Part shown: positions 41,774-52,996 of the stretch, one piece after another | Position numbering within the stretch: position 1 is the first letter of the stretch | Layout: every line of letters starts with the position of its first letter | Origin: Planctomycetia bacterium | Lineage (GTDB): Bacteria; Planctomycetota; Planctomycetia; Pirellulales; UBA1268 | Reading direction: 5' to 3' | Length of the DNA stretch: 60,992 nt | NCBI GenBank assembly: GCA_026401075.1 | Contig: JAPLNQ010000259.1 | Location: 1-60,992, forward strand | Position numbers and translations under genes: made by a program | Notes under the pieces: model-generated | The model's database searches: none | The model's input: only the letters and a program-made list of their open reading frames with translations | Told to the model about the DNA's origin: nothing

Positions 41774-42391
41774 ATGCCTCTCGCTCACCATCCCGACTCC
41801 GACGAAGTCGACTGCCTCCTACGCAACTGCGAACTGCGCAATGAAATCGAGCCCTACCTGGATGAGGCGATCTGGGAAATCGACTTTCGCCTCCTGCCCA
41901 CCGCCGTCGAAAATCGGTTCCTGGAATCGATGCTGGCGTGGGAGCGGGCGCCGCTGGTGCCGATCGCCCGCTGGTTCGAGCCCCCGCTGGCCCTGCAGCC
42001 GGCCTGCACGCTCGACGACGAACAGGTCAGAGAGCGGCTCTGGGAGACGATCGAGAAGCTCTACTCCCAGCGGGTGGTGCTCGACTTCACCGATCATCTT
42101 CCCGACCGGGAACTCTATGCCCTCATCCGCCGCGACATCCTGCCGGCCACGGTCAAGCGGGTGGACCTGCCCGACAACTATTTCCACTGGGATTGCAGTG
42201 TTTGGGATTGCAGTATGTGGGATTGCGGCCTTCGGGATGGCGGCACCACCGAAGCCGAGGACGCGACGGTCTGGCTCATCTACTACGCCACCGACGAGGA
42301 GCGGGAGCAGTGGAGCCTCGAGGAGGGCCGCGATCCGCCCCCGCGGGCCGTGCCGCCCTATCCCCGGGCACTGCCGACCGCGCCTGTGTGA
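41774..42391 (+). CDS. hypothetical acidic protein with W-D-C tandem repeat
   Basis: From ATG 41774 (MPLAHHPDSDEVDCLLRNCELRNEIEPYLDEAIWEIDF...) the composition looks coding and globular, but I recognise no family. An internal 15-bp x4 repeat encodes WDCSV WDCSM WDCGL RDGGT. Confidence 0.5.
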   Translation: MPLAHHPDSDEVDCLLRNCELRNEIEPYLDEAIWEIDFRLLPTAVENRFLESMLAWERAPLVPIARWFEPPLALQPACTLDDEQVRERLWETIEKLYSQRVVLDFTDHLPDRELYALIRRDILPATVKRVDLPDNYFHWDCSVWDCSMWDCGLRDGGTTEAEDATVWLIYYATDEEREQWSLEEGRDPPPRAVPPYPRALPTAPV

Positions 42392-42482
42392 TCCTGTTTC
42401 CGCATCCTTCGCGGAGTTTCCGTTGGGTTGACTCCAACCGTATGCTTCTGGAGGTCGTCATCACCCTGCGGAGAGAGAGATC

Positions 42483-43607
42483 GTGAAGTGCAGACATGGC
42501 TGGTTGACCTGCCTGGGCAGTTGCCTCGGCGCCTTCGTGCTCCTGCTGCCGTCTGCCCGCGCTGCCGACGAGGTGGCGATGCGGACGGCGATCACCGAGG
42601 CATCGGCCTACCTGATCGACCAGGGCCAAGCTGCCGACGGGGGCTTCTCGTCGCAGACCGGCCCCGCCGTCACGGCGCTCGCGGTGACGGCGCTGGTGAA
42701 GACCGGCACGCCTGTCGATGCGCCAGCTGTGCAGAAAGGCATCGACTACCTGCTCCGCTTCAAGCAGGCGGACGGTGGCATCTATCCGCCTGACTCGTTC
42801 GTGTCCAACTACGAGACGTCGATCGCGATGGTGGCACTGGCCGCCTGCAACCGCGACGGACGCTACGACGAGCAGATCAAGGCCGCGCAGGCATTCGTGA
42901 AGGGGTTGCAGTGGGACGACGGGGAGGGGAAGGGCACAGCCGATCCGGCCTACGGAGGCGCGGGCTACGGCCGCAAGGGCCGGCCGGATCTCTCGAACAC
43001 GTCGTTTCTGATCGAAGCCCTGCAGAGCGTGGGGGTGGGGGCCGATGATCCGGCGATCCAGCGGGCGCTGGTGTTTGTGTCGCGGACACAGAACCTCGAG
43101 GGTTCCCACAACACGCTACCGTTTCCCGCCAAGAACCCTGACGGCGGCTTCTACTACACGCCGGCCGCCGGAGGCGAAAGCCAGGCGGGCATGACGCCCG
43201 AGGGGGGTTTGAGGAGCTACGGTTCGATGACCTATGCCGGGCTCAAGAGCATGATCTTCGCCGGCCTCACCAAGGACGATCCCCGCGTGAAGGCGGCGGT
43301 TGCCTGGCTGGCGAAACACTACACGTTCACCGAGAACCCCGGCCTGGGCGATGCCGGTCTCTACTACTACTTCCAGACGGCGGCCAAGGCCCTCGACACC
43401 CTCGGCGAGGAGACGTTCACCGACGCAGCCGGCGTCAATCACGCCTGGCGGAGCGAACTAGCCGACGCCATCATCGCCCGGCAGCAGCCCGACGGTTCGT
43501 GGGTGAACACCAACCCGCGGTGGATGGAGGGAGACCCCAACCTCGTCACCAGCTACACGCTGCTGGCTCTGGCCTCCTGCCTGCCGAAACTCCCTGCCGC
43601 AAAGTAG
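42483..43607 (+). CDS. secreted prenyltransferase/squalene-oxidase-repeat (alpha/alpha toroid) protein
   Basis: GTG start with a signal peptide (MKCRHGWLTCLGSCLGAFVLLLPSARAADE). Repeated toroid motifs follow (DGGFSSQTGPAVTALAV, ADGGIYPP, GGAGYG..GRPDLSNTSFLIEAL, PDGGFYYTP, QQPDGSWVN). Confidence 0.75.
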   Translation: MKCRHGWLTCLGSCLGAFVLLLPSARAADEVAMRTAITEASAYLIDQGQAADGGFSSQTGPAVTALAVTALVKTGTPVDAPAVQKGIDYLLRFKQADGGIYPPDSFVSNYETSIAMVALAACNRDGRYDEQIKAAQAFVKGLQWDDGEGKGTADPAYGGAGYGRKGRPDLSNTSFLIEALQSVGVGADDPAIQRALVFVSRTQNLEGSHNTLPFPAKNPDGGFYYTPAAGGESQAGMTPEGGLRSYGSMTYAGLKSMIFAGLTKDDPRVKAAVAWLAKHYTFTENPGLGDAGLYYYFQTAAKALDTLGEETFTDAAGVNHAWRSELADAIIARQQPDGSWVNTNPRWMEGDPNLVTSYTLLALASCLPKLPAAK

Positions 43608-43651
43608 CGGCGACGAACAGGAATCACGCTACGGGACGGCGTACACCCCGT

Positions 43652-43726
43652 CCCCCGTGGCGGCAAGTTTTCAACTTGTCCGTGTCCCGGCGCGTATTCC
43701 ACAAGTTAAAAACTCGTGGCCACGGG
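43652..43726. repeat. family B repeat, two half-units in inverted orientation between convergent genes
   Basis: cccccgtggcggcaagttttcaacttgtcc (43652-43681) and ccacaagttaaaaactcgtggccacggg (43699-43726). Confidence 0.8.
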
Positions 43727-43759
43727 TCGAACTCCTTCGGCCGCGTCATCCGTCCCCAC

Positions 43760-45643
<1,884 letters not shown>

Positions 45644-45657
45644 GACACGGGCTCCTC

Positions 45658-45695
45658 GGCGGACATTCGGGCGGACATTCGGCGCACGACATTCG
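45658..45695. repeat. short direct repeats in the hemA-zwf spacer
   Basis: ggcggacattcg (45658-69), ggcggacattcg (45670-81) and gcgcacgacattcg (45682-95). They lie 15-52 nt upstream of the zwf start on the minus strand. Confidence 0.75.
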
Positions 45696-45725
45696 CCGCA
45701 GCATGATCGATCAGAGGCCCAACGT

Positions 45726-47003
45726 TCAATCCTTCAGATCGAACAGCCGCTTGAGAGCGTCGAGCAGGCCGTGCGGCGAGCCCGCGCGGCTCTCGCTTCG
45801 CAGCGAGGCCAGTGGCGGATGGAGGAGCTTCGCCGCATAGCGGTCGAAGGACTGGCGGATCTCGGCCCGCGACGCGTCGTCGAGTCCCGGCAGCCGCCTG
45901 AACAGCCGATCGAGCTCCGCATCGCCCGTCTCGCTCCAGCCCGCGCGAAGCCGCTCGATCACGGGCGCGGTCGAACGGTGGTGCAGATCGCCCATGAATC
46001 GCTGCGTTTCCTCGTCGATGATCGTGAGCGCCGCCGGAAGTTCACGCTGCCGGCTCTTCCGGTTGGCCGCGCAGGCTGCGGCGAGATCATCGACCGAGTA
46101 GAGCCAGACGCCGGGCCGCTGGCCGATCCGCGGATCGAAGTCGCGCGGCACGGCCAGGTCGAGTACGACTAGCGGCCGCCCGGCGCGTCGCAACTCCACC
46201 TCCGCAAACAATTCCAAAGACACGACCGGCGCCGTCGCTCCCGTCGTGCTCACCACGAGGTCGGCCGCCGCGAGTTCCGCGGAAAGGTTTTCGAACCTGC
46301 CGGCCCGCGCGCCGAGCCGCGCTGCCAGGTCGCCAGCCCGGCCGGCGGTGCGGTTGACGATGAGCACGTCACGGGCTCCGGCCACCCGCAGGTAACGCAG
46401 CGTCTCGGCTGCCATCTTGCCGGCGCCGATGAGCAGCACCCGCTTGTCGTCAAACCGCTCGAAGACACCACTGGCGAAGTCTGCGACGGCCACGCTTGGG
46501 ATCGACAGCCGCTCGCGGCCAATGGCGGTCTCGGTGGCCACCCGCTTGGCGGTCCGCAAGGCGGCCTGAAACATCTCACCCGTGAGCGGACCGGAGGTGC
46601 GGCTCTCCTGCGCGAGACTCCACGCCTGCTTCACCTGTGCCACGATCTGCGGTTCGCCGAGCACCATGCTGTCGAGGCCGGCCGCCACGCTGAAGAGATG
46701 CCGGACCACTGCCTCGTCGCGGTCGCCGGCGAGCACTGGAGTGAGCAGGCTTGCATCGATACCCCGGCATTCCGCCAGAAACGACACCAGCTGGTCGGGC
46801 GGTGGCGGCGGCCCGTCGGCCTCCGCACAGGCGGCGTAGAACTCCACTCGATTGCAGGTCGAGAGCAGCACGCCCTCCCGCCCAGGAAATCGCTCGCGAA
46901 AACGGGTAAGCGCCTCGGCCGCCTGCTCGGCGGAGAAGGCCAGCCGCTCACGGAGCGCCAAGGGTACCGTGCGATGGGTTCCGCCCACGAAGGCCAGCGT
47001 CAT
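45726..47003 (-). CDS. hemA: glutamyl-tRNA reductase
   Basis: LLSTCNRVEFY, GEPQIVAQVKQAW, and LLIGAGKMAAETLRYL (NADP fold). ATG 47003 overlaps the upstream stop (ATGA). Confidence 0.92.
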   Translation of the reverse strand: MTLAFVGGTHRTVPLALRERLAFSAEQAAEALTRFRERFPGREGVLLSTCNRVEFYAACAEADGPPPPPDQLVSFLAECRGIDASLLTPVLAGDRDEAVVRHLFSVAAGLDSMVLGEPQIVAQVKQAWSLAQESRTSGPLTGEMFQAALRTAKRVATETAIGRERLSIPSVAVADFASGVFERFDDKRVLLIGAGKMAAETLRYLRVAGARDVLIVNRTAGRAGDLAARLGARAGRFENLSAELAAADLVVSTTGATAPVVSLELFAEVELRRAGRPLVVLDLAVPRDFDPRIGQRPGVWLYSVDDLAAACAANRKSRQRELPAALTIIDEETQRFMGDLHHRSTAPVIERLRAGWSETGDAELDRLFRRLPGLDDASRAEIRQSFDRYAAKLLHPPLASLRSESRAGSPHGLLDALKRLFDLKD

Positions 47004-47908
47004 GGCGCGGCCTCCCGGTCAATGGCCTGCTGGTCGACGGCATGCGAGACCACAGGCTGCACCGGCGGTGCGCCGTGTCGGGTCGTTCCAAAAACCCCCC
47101 ACAGGATCGACGCCGTGAGCACGGCGAAGCTGACCAGCGACAGCCAGGCGGCTGACCGCGGCCCGTCAGCGCTGCGGCGGGTCACCCGCGCCGCCACGGC
47201 CGCGGTCACCAGCCACGCCACCAGCGCCGCCATCCTCAAGACCACGGGATCGGTCCAAGGCACGGTCTCCAGGAGTCCGCGTTGCCGGTTGACGGCATTG
47301 AGGACGATGCCCGAGAGGAAGCCTGCCGCGGCCGTCCACGCCGCGATCATGAGCGTGCGATCGGTGGCGTGCGCGAGACGCTCGAGGCTCGGCAGGCGAA
47401 AGCTGCGAAGCGGCGGCTGCTTGCGGGCCAGCCTGCCCGCCTGAATCAGCCACAAGGCTCCTGCCAGGGCGCCGATGGCCACCGCAACGCTTGCCGCCAG
47501 ATTGAAGATCCCGTGAATCGCCCCCCAGATCTGCGTGGCCGGACTCTGTGGAAACGGAGTCCGGCTCGATACCTGCGCGGCACCGATGAGTCCCAGCACG
47601 ACCGGCAGCATGAACAGCCCGACGGGGGTGCGTGGGTTGGCGATCGTCAGCCACAGATAGCCACCAGCCAACAGCCAGGCCGCCAACAGATACCAATCGA
47701 AGGCGCTCGACAGGGGCACCGCCGGTTCGTGGGTGGCCCGCCAGGCGAGGAACAACGTGTGGGCCACGAGCCCCGCCACGCCGAATGCGATCATGGCCGC
47801 CCCCCGCACTCCGGAGCGGAAGAGCAGCCGGGAAGCCTCGCAGGCCAGCGCCACGGCGTAGCTCGCCGCGAAGCAGACGACTGAAATACCCGATACGAAT
47901 TCGATCAT
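47000..47908 (-). CDS. cytochrome c assembly-family (CcsA/HemX-like) membrane protein
   Basis: From ATG 47908 (MIEFVSGISVVCFAASYAVALACE...) there are ~8 TM helices. It is translationally coupled to hemA, as hemX is linked to hemA in Bacillus. I see no WWD heme-handling motif. The upstream part of the listed ORF runs through family D repeats. Confidence 0.55.
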   Translation of the reverse strand: MIEFVSGISVVCFAASYAVALACEASRLLFRSGVRGAAMIAFGVAGLVAHTLFLAWRATHEPAVPLSSAFDWYLLAAWLLAGGYLWLTIANPRTPVGLFMLPVVLGLIGAAQVSSRTPFPQSPATQIWGAIHGIFNLAASVAVAIGALAGALWLIQAGRLARKQPPLRSFRLPSLERLAHATDRTLMIAAWTAAAGFLSGIVLNAVNRQRGLLETVPWTDPVVLRMAALVAWLVTAAVAARVTRRSADGPRSAAWLSLVSFAVLTASILWGVFGTTRHGAPPVQPVVSHAVDQQAIDREAAP

Positions 47909-47950
47909 GCTGATCCCTGCGGTGCGTCGCCGTTTATTGTAGTCTGCCTG

Positions 47951-48092
47951 AAAAATAGGGACGGGAGCGAATTTCGCTACTGTATGGGTAAAAATAGGGA
48001 CGGGAGCGAATTTCGCATGCCGACAGTGAGGTGTCGGACTCGTACCGTAATGAAATTCGCTCCCGTCCCTATTTTTCTCCGTCCCTATTTTT
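47951..48092. repeat. family D repeats: 2 direct + 1 inverted + 1 partial copy
   Basis: aaaaatagggacgggagcgaatttcgc occurs at 47951-47977 and 47990-48016. An inverted copy gaaattcgctcccgtccctattttt is at 48052-48076, and a partial ccgtccctattttt at 48079-48092. An inner hairpin ccgaca-gtgagg-tgtcgg sits at 48020-48037. Confidence 0.9.
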
Positions 48093-48113
48093 CTATCGCC
48101 CCCCGAGCACCCG

Positions 48114-49232
48114 ATGTCCGATCCCATCCTCCCAACCGATCCCACCCCGTCCCAGTCGGGCCGTTCCCCGCTGGCTCTGGACTCTGCTAACGGCGCGTCT
48201 ACAGCAGAGCGTCGCAGTCAGGCGCTGCTCATGCGGGCCTGCCGCCGCGAGCCGGTGGAACGCACGCCCGTATGGCTGATGCGACAGGCGGGCCGCTACC
48301 TGCCGGAATACCGCCGCGTGCGGGAGCAGGTTGACTTCATGGGGCTGGTGAAGAATCCGCGACTGGCGGCGGAAGTGATGATCGCCACGGTCGACCGGCT
48401 CGGTGTCGATGCGGCGATCATCTTCAGCGATCTGCTCCCCATCCTCGAGCCGATGGGCATGGATCTTGAGTTCGCGGTGGGGGAGGGCCCGGTGATCCAC
48501 AATCCGCTTCGCGAACCGGCCGACGTGCAGCGGCTCCATGAGCTGGAGGATCTCGAGCCGCTCGACTACGTGATGGACGTCGTGCGGGCCACCCGCGCGG
48601 GGCTCGACGATTCGATTCCTGTGATCGGCTTCGCCGGCGCGCCCTTCACGCTGGCCGGCTACTGCATCGAGGGGGGCACGAGCAAAGCCTGGCTCCACAC
48701 CAAGACGCTCATGTACCGCCACGAGGCTGCCTGGCACGACCTGATGGACAGGATCGCCCGCGCCGTGAGCCGCTATCTCGTGGCCCAGCTCGATGCCGGA
48801 GCACAGCTGGTGCAACTCTTCGACAGCTGGGTTGGCTGCCTCTCTCCCGACGACTACACGCGCTACGTGCTGCCCCACAGCCGCACGGCGATCCACGAGG
48901 CGGCGCGGCGGGCACCGGTGATTCACTTCGCCACCGGCAATCCCGCGCTCCTGCCGCTCCTCGCCGAAGCGGGCGGCTCCGTGATCGGCATCGACTGGCG
49001 GATCGAATTGAGCGACGCCTGGCGGCTGGTCGGCCACGACCGCGCGGTGCAGGGCAACCTCGATCCGGTGGTGTTGCTATCAGACCGCGACACGGTCCGC
49101 CGGCAGACGCAGCACGTGCTGGCACAGGCCGCCGGCCGCCCGGGCCATATCTTCAACCTCGGCCACGGCATTCTCCCCCAGACGCCTGTGGAAAACGTGC
49201 TCGAACTGATCGCGACAGTCAAGAACTCGTAG
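48114..49232 (+). CDS. hemE: uroporphyrinogen decarboxylase
   Basis: RTPVWLMRQAGRYLPEYR is the canonical HemE motif, with IFSDLL and VIGFAGAPFTLAGY. Confidence 0.93.
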   Translation: MSDPILPTDPTPSQSGRSPLALDSANGASTAERRSQALLMRACRREPVERTPVWLMRQAGRYLPEYRRVREQVDFMGLVKNPRLAAEVMIATVDRLGVDAAIIFSDLLPILEPMGMDLEFAVGEGPVIHNPLREPADVQRLHELEDLEPLDYVMDVVRATRAGLDDSIPVIGFAGAPFTLAGYCIEGGTSKAWLHTKTLMYRHEAAWHDLMDRIARAVSRYLVAQLDAGAQLVQLFDSWVGCLSPDDYTRYVLPHSRTAIHEAARRAPVIHFATGNPALLPLLAEAGGSVIGIDWRIELSDAWRLVGHDRAVQGNLDPVVLLSDRDTVRRQTQHVLAQAAGRPGHIFNLGHGILPQTPVENVLELIATVKNS

Positions 49233-49354
49233 CCGCCGTGAGGCCCGCCCCTCGCCAAGTGTGGCCCCGGCGAGGTACAACAGCGTGTTGCGCGCAAAAC
49301 GGCCCCGCTGCCGTTGCGTCGTGCGCAACCACTTTCCCACCTGGTGTGTGCCGC

Positions 49355-52300
49355 ATGACGAGCCTGGAAAAACGCCTGTTCAACCTGTTCGAACCTGCTG
49401 ATGTCTCGAAGGCACGGCTGCTCGTGCTCAAGCGGGTCTGGTGTCCACGGGTCGGACACGTGCATGCGACCATCGACGGCGACGATGGGGACGCTCAGGA
49501 GGTGCGGCTGGAACTCTCGGCACGCCGCAAGGGCGGCATGTCGCTTGAAAGCCACTCCAGCAGCCCTCTGGGCCGAACCGGCAAGCCCTGTGCACTCCTA
49601 GCTGCGGTGTTGCTCGAGGTCGACCGTCGGGGGCTGTTCTCGAACCTGCACGACCACACCCCACTGACGCTCGACATTGTGCCGGCCGAGGACCACGAAG
49701 AGCTGGCAGCCGAGGACGACAGGAGTCTTGAAGACGACGACGCTGATCAGGACCACGGAGCCTCGCGATCCCCCGCGGTGCGGAACGTGTCTCCCCCCGT
49801 GACAAGCGCGGTCACCGTTGGCAGCCGCGCGGGATCGACGCGACTCCCGGCCTGGGCGGCCGAACTCGACGAACGCCGGCGGCTCGTCGAGCCGGCCGTG
49901 CGCGATCGCATGGTCACTATCACCGACAACCGCAAATCGGCAGGCGCGGTCATCTTTCTGCTCGATCTCGCCGCTTCGGCGGATGCCCGCGCGGCCGTGC
50001 TCGTGCCCGGGCGGATGCAGCTCGACGTGGCGGGCAACGCCACCGGCCGGCCACGGCCGATCGTGATCGGCCCGGGGCAGGTAGAGCTTGACCAGCTCGA
50101 TGCCCAGGAACGGTCCATCCTCGCGCAACTCGTCGGCGCCTTGGCCGTGGGTGAGCTCGGCGGCACCGAGCCGCTCGAGCGGCGGACGATCGCCCGCGTG
50201 GTGGTGAGCTCGCAATCGGCGGCCACGCACCTGGCCATGCTCTGCGAAACCGGCCGCCTCGTGCTGCAGCCTGAGCCGCGGCGAAACCCCGACCTCGTCG
50301 TACCCTTGGTGTGGGATGGCGGACGGCCCTGGGAATTTGCGCTCGTGCTCGAGCCCGACGACGTCGCGAGCACCCGCGCCGAGACCGTCGCCGACATGGC
50401 CGCCGAGGGCAAGCCGTTGCCGCGGCCAGGCCGGGCCACGCTCCGCGGCATGCTCGTCCGCGGCAGCGAGCGGAAGGACCTACGGACGCCCCGGGCGATC
50501 CTGCGGTCAGGGCTGATCGTGTTCGACGATCGGCTGGCACGACTGGCCGTGACCGGCACAGGCGGCTGGATGGAACAATTTGAACGTCGCGGTCCGATCG
50601 AATTCTCGGGCAGTCAGGTCGATGGGCTCATCGACCGGCTGGCGATGGTGGCCGATCTGCCACGGCTGGAACTACCTGGCTGGACAGGCTGGCAAATTGA
50701 ATCGGGAGCCCCGCGACCGAAGCTCGTGCTCGACGATTCCCCCACCGTCAGCCTCGATGCCGAGGACGAGATGGTGCCGCCCGACGAAGACGGTGGTGGC
50801 CGTGCCATCCGCCCGGCGCGGCGCCGTTCGACGCCACGTGTCCAACTCGCTGGCCGAATCTGGTTCGATTACGCCGGCATCGTGATCGCCGCCGATGCAC
50901 CCGCTGGTGGCGCCACCGACCCTACACGGCGAATCCTCGTGCGGCGCGACCGGGCCGCGGAACGCGACGCAATCGCGATGCTGCCACGGTATGGCGGCAT
51001 GGCGCCGCGGATCGGCGACACGGATACCGCCGACACCGGCCACCACGTGGAGATCGCCCGAGCCAGGCTCGACGCCTCCGTGTCGCAATTGGCCGCCGCG
51101 GGCTGGACGGTCGAGGTTTCCGGCCGCCGCTACCGGCCGGCCGGCAGTGTGGCCTGGAACGTGACCAGCGGAATCGACTGGTTTGAACTGTCGGCGGCGA
51201 TCGACTTCGGCGGTGTCACGGCCGATCTCCCCGCCTTGCTCGAGGCGCTCGCGAAGGGGAGCCGCTCCGTGGAGTTGTCGGACGGTTCCATGGGGATCCT
51301 GCCTGAGTCACTCGCGGCGCAGATCGAGCCGATGGCGGTGCTCGCACAGAAGCATGATGGCCGCCTGAGGTATGGCCGGATCCAGATGGCCCTCCTCGAC
51401 GCGCTCTTGGCGGGCCAGCCGCAGTCGCAGGTCGACGAGGCCTTCGAACGGATTCGCGATGAGCTGTCCCGCGGCGAACGTCCCGAGGCCGAGGATGAAC
51501 CGGAAGGCTTTCAGGGAACGCTGCGGCACTACCAGCGGGAAGGGCTTGGCTGGCTCTCGTTCCTCGAACGGATGGGCCTGGGCGGCTGCTTGGCCGACGA
51601 CATGGGTCTCGGCAAGACGATCCAGGTGCTGGCGATGTTCATTCGGCGGCAGACGATGCTCACCACCGGCGGCATCGCGCATCGCCCGTCGCTGGTCATC
51701 GTGCCGAAGAGTCTCGTGTTCAACTGGATCGAGGAAGCCCGCAAGTTCGCGCCTTCGTTGCGGGTGCTCAACTACACGGGGAATACCAGGGTCGATGAGG
51801 CGGGGTCCTTGGCGGATCACGACATCATCCTCACCACCTACGGCACCCTGCGCCGCGACATCATCAACCACCGCGAGATCGAGTTCGACTACGTGGTGCT
51901 CGACGAGGCGCAATCGATCAAGAATGCCTCCAGCCAGGCGGCCAAGGCCTGCCGCCTGCTGCGGGCCCGCCATCGCCTGGCCCTCACCGGCACGCCGGTG
52001 GAAAACCACATTGGCGAGCTCTGGAGCATCTTCGAGTTTCTCAATCCCGGCCAACTCGGCAGCGCCACACGGCTCAAGCGGTTTCTGGCAGGTGGCCGCA
52101 CGAGCTCCGATGTCGTGGCCCGCGCCGTCCGACCCTACCTCTTGCGGCGCACCAAGAAACAGGTGCTCTCCGACCTGCCGGAGAAGACCGAGCAGACGCT
52201 GTACTGCGAACTCGGCGAGGAACAGCGGAAGGTCTACGATGAACTGCGGGAGCACTACCGCCTGGAACTGTCAGGCCGGATCGGTCGCATGGGTATTGGC

Positions 52301-52900
52301 CGGTCGCGGATCGCGGTGCTCGAGGCGCTCCTGCGGTTGCGTCAAACGGCCTGCCACCCCGGCCTCGTCGATCCCGCCCGCCTCGACGAGCCAGCAGCCA
52401 AACTCGACACGCTGCTAGAGCAGCTGTCGGAGGTGATCGACGAGGGCCACAAGGTGCTCGTGTTCAGCCAGTTCACCAGTTTTCTTTCAATCGTGCGCCG
52501 CCACCTCGACGAACGCGGGATCACCTACGAATACCTCGACGGCAAGACGACCGACCGGCAGGCACGCGTGCAACGGTTTCAGGAAGACGCCGACTGCCGT
52601 CTGTTCCTTGTGAGCCTGAAGGCGGGCGGCCAGGGTCTCAACCTCACCGCGGCGGACTACATCTACATCCTCGACCCATGGTGGAATCCGGCGGTCGAGG
52701 CCCAGGCGGTGGACCGGGCCCATCGCATCGGCCAGACTCGTCGAGTCTTCGCCTACCGGCTGATCGCGCGGGACACAGTCGAGGAGAAGATCGTCGCGCT
52801 CCAGGATCGCAAGCGGGAACTGGCGGAGTCGATCGTCCGCGCCGACGAGAGCATGGTCTCGAGCCTGACGGCCGAGGACGTCGAGATGCTGCTCTCGTAA
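49355..52900 (+). CDS. SNF2-family helicase with long N-terminal SNF2-associated region
   Basis: Motifs: LRHYQREGLGWL, LADDMGLGKTIQ, VLDEAQSIKN, LALTGTPVENHIGELWSIFEFLNPG, a Helicase_C region (VLVFSQFTSFL..FLVSLKAGGQGLNLTAADYIYILDPWWNPAVEAQAVDRAHRIGQ). I chose ATG 49355. Confidence 0.88.
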   Translation: MTSLEKRLFNLFEPADVSKARLLVLKRVWCPRVGHVHATIDGDDGDAQEVRLELSARRKGGMSLESHSSSPLGRTGKPCALLAAVLLEVDRRGLFSNLHDHTPLTLDIVPAEDHEELAAEDDRSLEDDDADQDHGASRSPAVRNVSPPVTSAVTVGSRAGSTRLPAWAAELDERRRLVEPAVRDRMVTITDNRKSAGAVIFLLDLAASADARAAVLVPGRMQLDVAGNATGRPRPIVIGPGQVELDQLDAQERSILAQLVGALAVGELGGTEPLERRTIARVVVSSQSAATHLAMLCETGRLVLQPEPRRNPDLVVPLVWDGGRPWEFALVLEPDDVASTRAETVADMAAEGKPLPRPGRATLRGMLVRGSERKDLRTPRAILRSGLIVFDDRLARLAVTGTGGWMEQFERRGPIEFSGSQVDGLIDRLAMVADLPRLELPGWTGWQIESGAPRPKLVLDDSPTVSLDAEDEMVPPDEDGGGRAIRPARRRSTPRVQLAGRIWFDYAGIVIAADAPAGGATDPTRRILVRRDRAAERDAIAMLPRYGGMAPRIGDTDTADTGHHVEIARARLDASVSQLAAAGWTVEVSGRRYRPAGSVAWNVTSGIDWFELSAAIDFGGVTADLPALLEALAKGSRSVELSDGSMGILPESLAAQIEPMAVLAQKHDGRLRYGRIQMALLDALLAGQPQSQVDEAFERIRDELSRGERPEAEDEPEGFQGTLRHYQREGLGWLSFLERMGLGGCLADDMGLGKTIQVLAMFIRRQTMLTTGGIAHRPSLVIVPKSLVFNWIEEARKFAPSLRVLNYTGNTRVDEAGSLADHDIILTTYGTLRRDIINHREIEFDYVVLDEAQSIKNASSQAAKACRLLRARHRLALTGTPVENHIGELWSIFEFLNPGQLGSATRLKRFLAGGRTSSDVVARAVRPYLLRRTKKQVLSDLPEKTEQTLYCELGEEQRKVYDELREHYRLELSGRIGRMGIGRSRIAVLEALLRLRQTACHPGLVDPARLDEPAAKLDTLLEQLSEVIDEGHKVLVFSQFTSFLSIVRRHLDERGITYEYLDGKTTDRQARVQRFQEDADCRLFLVSLKAGGQGLNLTAADYIYILDPWWNPAVEAQAVDRAHRIGQTRRVFAYRLIARDTVEEKIVALQDRKRELAESIVRADESMVSSLTAEDVEMLLS

Positions 52901-52996
52901 CTGGCTGTGGAAAATGCCATCCCCGCAGTCCTGTTCAACAAGCCTCATGAAACCCTAACCGCTCTCGACTACGAAATAACCTGCTAGAGTCGCGTT

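Noticed and set aside
49355-52900. SNF2 helicase as part of a phage-defence system (DISARM/BREX-like)
   Set aside because: Its neighbours are hemE and a two-component system. No methyltransferase, PLD nuclease, DUF1998 helicase or other defence partner is adjacent.
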